A DNA stretch of 13,201 nucleotides from Polyangiaceae bacterium. GTDB lineage: Bacteria > Myxococcota_A > Polyangia > Polyangiales > Polyangiaceae. Location of the stretch: contig DATJYG010000339.1 of assembly GCA_035499695.1 (NCBI GenBank), forward strand, positions 1 through 13,201, read 5' to 3'. Within the stretch, counting starts at the first letter, position 1. Every line of letters starts with the position of its first letter. A program made the translations under genes and the position numbers. The notes under the pieces were generated by a model. The model saw only the letters and a program-made list of their open reading frames with translations. It was not told the origin of the DNA and searched no databases. Below, one piece after another: positions 8,692 through 13,201 of this stretch.

Positions 8692-10338
8692 ATGAGCCAC
8701 GATACGATCCTCGCGAAGACCCCCTCGGTCATCTACCGACCGGGGGCCGCCTCCTCGGACCTCGCGCTCGCCACGTGGGCGGAGGTCCAGGAGTTCATCG
8801 CCTTCCGGCAGGGAGCGTGCATCGTCTACGTCGACGACAGCCTCACGGGCGGCGCGGGCGCGGCCGTTCCGAGCGCGAGCGGCGTGACGGACGGCTTCGG
8901 GCGTCTCGAGCTTCGGCCCTACAGGCAGGACGGTAACCAGGTCGCGCTCGTGATCCAAGACGGCGCGACGCTCAAGGGGCTCTACCGCGTCGCGGGCACG
9001 CTCGGCGTTTACTGCGACACCCAGGGCGCGACACCCGCGCTCGACTGGGACTACACGCCGGGCTCGAGCGGTGCCTCGGCCGTGCCCATCTTCTACGTCG
9101 AGGAGGAAGCGACGATCGGCAACACGCCGACCGCGACCGAGCCCGCCGTCGTCGTCCCCGCCGGCAAACAGCTCGCGTGGAACTTCGACTCGCGCGGAGG
9201 GATCTTGCTCCTCGCGCCGGGCGCGGTCTTCCTCGTCCAGCTCACCAACGCGGCCGCGACTTTCTTCGCCATCCATGCCGAATCCGCGCAAATCTGCGAA
9301 GGGGGGAGCTTCGCGAACGTGGCGACCGGAGGCCCGCTCACGACGGCGATCTTCCAGTTCGACTCGAGCACGCTCTCCCTCTCGCCCGTGACTCCTTCGT
9401 TCGTGGTCGGGACGTTGATCTCCGAGCAGACGGATTCGCACGTCGTCGAGCTGACCTTCACCGCGTCTGCGACCGACGTCCTCGCGGCGCTCCAGACGCC
9501 GACCATGACGACGCTGCGGGCGCTGCCGACTTCGGGTAGCGCGCGCGTCGACGTCGAAGGCTTCGGCGGATCGGGCGGCGGGGGCGGCGGGGGCGGCGGC
9601 GACATGGGCGTGCCCGGCGGCGGAGGAGGAGGCAGCGGCGGGGCCCGCTACCAGCGCGCCGGCATCACCATCGATCTCTCGCACAGGCTCGACGTCACGG
9701 TCGGCGCGGGCGGACCGGCCGGAGCAGCAGGCGCCCCGACGCTCGCCGGCGGCAACGGCGGAGACGGCGCGTCGAGCACCGTCCTCGACTTCAACACGAA
9801 CGTCTTTCTCGCGGCTTTCCCGGGAAGCACGGGCGGCGAGGGCGGTAACTCCGCCTCCGTCAACAACTACCGCCACGGCGGCGCGTCGTATCCGGGCGCG
9901 TGGATTCCGACCGCCCCGGCCGAGAGCGGACCGGCCGACCCTGCGCTCAAGTACGGGATGGGCTTCTTCGCAGCCGGCGGCAAGGGCGCCCCCATCACCG
10001 GGTTCGCCATTCAGAGCGGCGCCGCGGGCCAGCCGAACGCTCCCTCCCTCAACCTGCCTGCTGGCGGGGGCACCACCTTCTGGCACGCGGGCGCGGGCGG
10101 CGTCGGCGGCACCACCTCGAACGGAGGAGGCGGCGGGGGCGCAGGCATCTTCGCGGACGGAGGCGCCGGCGGCGCCGAGGCGCCGGCGGGTTCACCCGGG
10201 AACCCTGGTGGGAGTGCGGCGGCGAACTCGGGCGCCGGCGCGGGAGGTGGGGCCGGCGGCGTGAGCAACACGGACGCCGGCGGCGCGGGCGGCGCGGGCT
10301 CGGACGGTTGGGTGAAGCTTTCGCTCGTCGCGCCCTGA
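8692..10338 (+). CDS. Glycine-rich-domain protein, 548 aa (fibre / receptor-binding-like structural protein candidate)
   Basis: ATG 8692 with GGAG at a 7-nt spacer; the track ORF extends upstream only as a shadow of the minus gene. The N-terminal ~285 aa are beta-rich-looking. From ~9540 the sequence is VDVEGFGGSGGGGGGGGGDMGVPGGGGGGSGGARYQRAGITIDLSHRLDVTVGAGGPAGAAG...GGNGGDGASSTVL...GGEGGNS, ending ...GAGGAGSDGWVKLSLVAP. This resembles the poly-glycine Gly_rich domain seen in phage fibre-like proteins. Confidence 0.8.
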   Translation: MSHDTILAKTPSVIYRPGAASSDLALATWAEVQEFIAFRQGACIVYVDDSLTGGAGAAVPSASGVTDGFGRLELRPYRQDGNQVALVIQDGATLKGLYRVAGTLGVYCDTQGATPALDWDYTPGSSGASAVPIFYVEEEATIGNTPTATEPAVVVPAGKQLAWNFDSRGGILLLAPGAVFLVQLTNAAATFFAIHAESAQICEGGSFANVATGGPLTTAIFQFDSSTLSLSPVTPSFVVGTLISEQTDSHVVELTFTASATDVLAALQTPTMTTLRALPTSGSARVDVEGFGGSGGGGGGGGGDMGVPGGGGGGSGGARYQRAGITIDLSHRLDVTVGAGGPAGAAGAPTLAGGNGGDGASSTVLDFNTNVFLAAFPGSTGGEGGNSASVNNYRHGGASYPGAWIPTAPAESGPADPALKYGMGFFAAGGKGAPITGFAIQSGAAGQPNAPSLNLPAGGGTTFWHAGAGGVGGTTSNGGGGGGAGIFADGGAGGAEAPAGSPGNPGGSAAANSGAGAGGGAGGVSNTDAGGAGGAGSDGWVKLSLVAP

Positions 10339-10342
10339 GCGA

Positions 10343-10603
10343 TCACCGCACGGGCTGATGGTGCGCGCGGCGACGCTTGCGGAGGGCCTCGGAGTAGTGC
10401 GCGAACTGGCCGAAGCGCCCGCGGCCGACGCGTCCGGAGTGGACGCCTCGGTACATGTCGGCGAACTGGTTCGCGCCGGACGAGCTGAGGCCGAGCATCT
10501 TGCGTCCGAAGTGCTTGACCCGAGCGGGCGTCATGCCTCGGCCGAGCGCGCGCGCCGCGGAGGCGTAGAGGTATTTCTTCGTGCGGGCGGTCGTGTGCTT
10601 CAT
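10343..10603 (-). CDS. Small basic hypothetical protein, 86 aa
   Basis: ATG 10603 and almost uniformly G/C at third positions. K/R/G-rich (MKHTTARTKKYLYASAARALGRGMTPARVKHFGRKMLG...). No Shine-Dalgarno upstream. Confidence 0.65.
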   Translation of the reverse strand: MKHTTARTKKYLYASAARALGRGMTPARVKHFGRKMLGLSSSGANQFADMYRGVHSGRVGRGRFGQFAHYSEALRKRRRAHHQPVR

Positions 10604-10646
10604 GAGCGGAGGATACCACCAGGGCCGAGATGACGGGAGCCGCGCC

Positions 10647-10889
10647 TCACACCCTCTCCAGCTCGTCGCCGACGCCGACCTCCTTCGCGCCGCAAAGGAG
10701 CAGCCCCACCGGATCGCCCTCCTTGAGGGGCCGGAGGCGCGTCTCGACGCCGTGGACCTTCCATTCGGCGCCGTCGGAGCGGCGCCGAAAGACGTCGCCG
10801 GATTTCGGCTCGGGGCCGCCCTTCCATTCGAAGAGCGCGAGGTGGCCGTCCCTGCCCTTGATCTTGACGACGTCGAGGATCAGGATCAC
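10647..10889 (-). CDS. Standalone translation-factor-type beta-barrel (EF-Tu domain II-like), 80 aa
   Basis: GTG 10889 overlaps the upstream stop (GTGA). ILILDVVKIKGRDGHLALFEWKGGPEPKSGDVFRRRSDGAEWKVHGVETRLRPLKEGDPVGLLLCGAKEVGVGDEL parallels the EF-Tu domain II pattern [32 protein letters not shown]....[39 protein letters not shown]. Confidence 0.6.
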   Translation of the reverse strand: MILILDVVKIKGRDGHLALFEWKGGPEPKSGDVFRRRSDGAEWKVHGVETRLRPLKEGDPVGLLLCGAKEVGVGDELERV

Positions 10890-11662
10890 CACGCGCCCCG
10901 TGCCGCGTAGGGGATGCGCTTCGACCATTCCTCGCGCGCCGAATAGACGATCGGCACGCCCATGATCTCGTCGCCCACCTCTCTGCGGATGCGGTCCGCC
11001 ATCTCGCGCCGATCCACGGCGACTTCGACGGCGTTCGGCTCGGGCTGCGTCTCCCCTTCCATCAAGAGGCCTCTCCCCGGCGGTCGCGTGTCCACGTAGC
11101 TGCCGTCCGGGCGCCGCGCGCCCGCGCACGAGATCGCGACCATGCTCGATCCGGGGCGGCCCGTGAGGAGCATCTCGAGGCGGTCGCGCGCGGCGGAGAG
11201 CAGCCCGAGCGGCACGGAACCGGGTCGCGGAGGCGTCGCTGCGGCCGCCCGACGCGAAGACGCCGCCGGGGCCGCCCGAGACGCGCGGCCCTCCCACCGC
11301 GGCACGATCAAGCAGAAGCCGTCGATGGTGGAGAGGCCCGTCTTGTCGGGGTGCGGGTCGTGGACGATGCGTCGGCCCTTGCCGATGACCGCGTGCGGTC
11401 GCCCGCGCGGCGAGATCCCCGTCATGATGTGGAGCACCCCAGGGAAGGCGGCGCGCGCGGGGTCGGCCGCGAAGTGCATGGCGTAGAGGCCGAATGGCTC
11501 GAGGAAGTCGTCGAGACGTTCGGCCCACTGGAACATGTGCGTGTCCCCTGGCTCCCGGATGAAGCGCGGGACGCTCTCGATCGGGATCTCGAGGAGCGAG
11601 GCGACGCAGGCGCTCATGCAGTTTCCACGAGCGCCTGTCACGGTCTGATCGATGGGGATCAC
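10886..11662 (-). CDS. Papain-like cysteine peptidase-domain protein, ~258 aa
   Basis: GTG 11662 with AGAAGAGG 9 nt upstream (the track start, TTG 11797, is less likely). N-terminal domain has a candidate Cys-His-Asp triad: GNCMSACVASLLEIPIESVP ... RPHAVIGKGRRIVHDPHPD. The ~130-aa C-terminal region is unassigned. Confidence 0.65.
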   Translation of the reverse strand: MIPIDQTVTGARGNCMSACVASLLEIPIESVPRFIREPGDTHMFQWAERLDDFLEPFGLYAMHFAADPARAAFPGVLHIMTGISPRGRPHAVIGKGRRIVHDPHPDKTGLSTIDGFCLIVPRWEGRASRAAPAASSRRAAAATPPRPGSVPLGLLSAARDRLEMLLTGRPGSSMVAISCAGARRPDGSYVDTRPPGRGLLMEGETQPEPNAVEVAVDRREMADRIRREVGDEIMGVPIVYSAREEWSKRIPYAARGAW

Positions 11663-11682
11663 GCTGCGGGACCTCTTCTGCG

Positions 11683-11922
11683 TCAGGACGGAAAGAACGC
11701 GACGCGCTGGAGAAAATACTTCGGGTGCGTGAAGCGCACCGCAAGCTCCTGCCAGCGGGGCGGCCCTCCCGAGCCCGGGTATTCGATGAGCGCCCAAGCC
11801 CGGAAGAAGGCGTCGCGCACCTTGAGGATCTTGAAAAATGAGCCCGAGGTTCCCGGCACCGCGGGCACGATGCTGCCGGGTCCGAGATCGCTCCGGCCCG
11901 TGAAGGCATCGATGATCTTCAT
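11683..11922 (-). CDS. Hypothetical protein, 79 aa
   Basis: ATG 11922 overlaps the upstream stop (ATGA), with GAAGGAAGG upstream. Product: MKIIDAFTGRSDLGPGSIVPAVPGTSGSFFKILKVRDAFFRAWALIEYPGSGGPPRWQELAVRFTHPKYFLQRVAFFPS. Confidence 0.65.
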   Translation of the reverse strand: MKIIDAFTGRSDLGPGSIVPAVPGTSGSFFKILKVRDAFFRAWALIEYPGSGGPPRWQELAVRFTHPKYFLQRVAFFPS

Positions 11923-12200
11923 CGCCTTCCTTCGCGAAACAGCGGCTCCGCCGCGAGCGAGCCGACGGCCGCCGCCGCGCCGTTCAAGAAATGGCTCGCG
12001 ACGCTCCCCTTCGCGAAGGCGAACGAGAGCATGAAGGCCGCCGTTCCGACGCCGAGGGCGACGCCGACGCGCCGCTCGGGATCTGCGCCGCGGCCCCAGG
12101 CGTAACCGGAGGCGACGCCCGAGACGAGCGAGGCGCCGAGCGCGAGCGGTGAGAAGCCGGTCATCTCTTCGTCCCTGACCGAGAACATTTCGTGGGCCAT
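11919..12200 (-). CDS. Small multi-TM membrane protein, 93 aa (holin-like)
   Basis: ATG 12200 with GAGGAG 5 nt upstream; the longer track ORF has an Arg-rich junk N-terminus. Hydrophobic segments: GFSPLALGASLVSGVASGYAWG, VGVALGVGTAAFMLSFAFA, AAAAVGSLAA. Confidence 0.7.
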   Translation of the reverse strand: MAHEMFSVRDEEMTGFSPLALGASLVSGVASGYAWGRGADPERRVGVALGVGTAAFMLSFAFAKGSVASHFLNGAAAAVGSLAAEPLFREGRR

Positions 12201-12202
12201 CG

Positions 12203-12571
12203 TCACTCCTCGTCTTCGTCTTCGTCGCCGTAGTCGATGTAGTCGTAGAACTCTTTCCACTCGCCGACGACGGGGTTCGCCTTCTTTCCCCTCGCGCGAG
12301 CCTCGCGGTCCTCGAGGACCGCTTCGCGCACGTAGTCTTCGCCGTCGCCCGTGAGCGGGTTCTCGAGGAATACCTGGCAACCGTGGCAGTACTCCGGACT
12401 GTCAGACTCGCCGCCACCGTCCGGATAGGGTCCTTTCGGGTAGTCGCCTGAATCGTAGCTGTACTCGTCGTTCGGGTTCTTGGGCGCCTCCCCGAGTCTC
12501 TTCAGCTTTCGCTTAATCTCTCGAGCGCACAGCGGGCACCAGAGCGCCGCACGATAGAGGTACGCATCCAT
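12203..12571 (-). CDS. Zinc-ribbon protein with acidic tail, 122 aa
   Basis: ATG 12571 shares one nt with the upstream stop (TGATG), with AGAGGAGG upstream. Motifs: ALWCPLCAREI ... PEYCHGCQVFLENPLTGDGEDYV ... YIDYGDEDEDEE. Confidence 0.75.
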   Translation of the reverse strand: MDAYLYRAALWCPLCAREIKRKLKRLGEAPKNPNDEYSYDSGDYPKGPYPDGGGESDSPEYCHGCQVFLENPLTGDGEDYVREAVLEDREARARGKKANPVVGEWKEFYDYIDYGDEDEDEE

Positions 12572-13056
12572 CAGCGCCGCCTCCTCTTGCCCCGTTCGAT
12601 CTCGTGCGTGTACTCGAGGCTGCCGAACGAACCCGGTTTGTGACCAAGCCGCTCCTCGAGTTCGTGGGGGCCCATCCCCTCCTCGAGGAGGTCGATCGCG
12701 AAGGCCGGGTCGTAGCCCCTGTCCTCGAGGAGGCCACGCATCTCGGAAAGCTCGCGCTCTTCCGGCGCCGTGAGCGGACGGAGCGTCGCGAAGCGGTGGC
12801 GCCTGCCGTGGAGGCGTGTGCCGCATGCGTCGCAGCGGTGGCGCGCGAACTCCTCGATGCCCTTGTCCTCCTCCGCGTCGAAGTCGGGGACGAGGTTCGG
12901 ACCGAGGGAGTGGACGCCCTTCTTGACTTCTTCTGCGCGCTTGTCGGCCTCTTCGCCGCTGTAGTGGTAGTCGATGCCCGTGAGATCGTCGTTCACCGCA
13001 TAAAGCGTGCAGTCGTCGCAGAGCCAGAGGTCGTCACGATCGATCATCATCGCCAC
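12571..13056 (-). CDS. Zinc-ribbon protein, 161 aa
   Basis: GTG 13056 (GGAGG 6 nt upstream) or ATG 13050. Motifs: DDLWLCDDCTLYAVNDDLTGIDYHY ... HRCDACGTRLHGRRHRF, followed by a helical acidic C-terminal part. Confidence 0.8.
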   Translation of the reverse strand: MAMMIDRDDLWLCDDCTLYAVNDDLTGIDYHYSGEEADKRAEEVKKGVHSLGPNLVPDFDAEEDKGIEEFARHRCDACGTRLHGRRHRFATLRPLTAPEERELSEMRGLLEDRGYDPAFAIDLLEEGMGPHELEERLGHKPGSFGSLEYTHEIERGKRRRR

Positions 13057-13059
13057 GGC

Positions 13060-13201
13060 TCACCTCCAGAAAGCGACGCGGTCGCCGAAGCGGTTGAGCG
13101 CGGCCTGCCGGCGCTTGCACGGCTGGCACGCCTCGATGCCGAAGCCGCGCGCGACGGCGGCGACGAGGTCGCCGATCGGCAGGCGGCTCTTGTTCTCGGC
13201 G
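13060..13201 (-). CDS. C-terminal fragment of a hypothetical protein (5' end beyond the right window edge)
   Basis: The open minus frame reads ...ENKSRLPIGDLVAAVARGFGIEACQPCKRRQAALNRFGDRVAFWR-stop (TGA 13062-13060). High third-position GC. Missing from the track because it is open-ended. Confidence 0.6.
   Translation of the reverse strand, partial: AENKSRLPIGDLVAAVARGFGIEACQPCKRRQAALNRFGDRVAFWR

Noticed and set aside
9571-9606. G-quadruplex-forming G-tracts (GGG CGGC GGGGG CGGC GGGGG ... GGG)
   Set aside because: Fully explained as poly-glycine codons inside a well-supported CDS. The fourth tract needs a 12-nt loop.
8617-10086. 489-aa minus-strand ORF, plus 9093-9605, 10011-10619 and other ORFs antisense to the glycine-rich gene
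   Set aside because: Poly-Gly codons (GGC/GGG) read as Pro/Ala/Arg runs on the opposite strand. No start signals, and the composition is junk-like.
10630-10965. 111-aa plus-strand ORF with an upstream GGAGGA (10607-10612), plus 10358-10633 and 10581-10910
   Set aside because: The Shine-Dalgarno is 17 nt from the ATG and the translation is Ser/Pro/Arg-rich. The region is better explained by the minus-strand beta-barrel and basic-protein genes.

Overview
High-GC window (roughly two-thirds G+C by eye) that reads like a phage or prophage accessory/early region, not chromosomal core. About 30 short, tightly packed genes lie in alternating strand blocks. Many stop/start codons overlap (GTGA, ATGA, TGATG), and several genes look leaderless. 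Left to right: (1) a 3'-truncated minus-strand gene for a collagen-like Gly-X-Y repeat protein (tail-fibre-like); (2) a lipoprotein plus one unknown gene; (3) a minus-strand cassette of five very small, mostly membrane proteins; (4) a very acidic 229-aa protein followed by a 152-aa protein with an ADP-ribosyltransferase-like motif pattern; (5) a convergent DnaA-domain-IV-like HTH gene, then a lower-GC control region with a strong intrinsic terminator, a palindrome and direct repeats; (6) a Pth2-family peptidyl-tRNA hydrolase followed 4 nt later by four tRNA-shaped genes; (7) an RHH regulator, Zn-finger proteins and a winged-helix-like protein; (8) a 548-aa protein with a poly-glycine-rich C-terminal domain (fibre/receptor-binding-like); (9) a minus-strand operon with two Zn-ribbon proteins, a holin-like membrane protein, a papain-like cysteine peptidase, a standalone EF-Tu-domain-II-like beta-barrel and a small basic protein. 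The most unusual signal is the Pth2 + tRNA-like array. All four RNAs keep canonical acceptor, D and T arms, but each has a non-canonical anticodon arm: no anticodon loop at all, G33, a 9-10 bp stem, or a 9-nt loop. No integrase, transposase, CRISPR array or rRNA was seen. Every functional call comes from reading the sequence and remembering family motifs; no database search was run.
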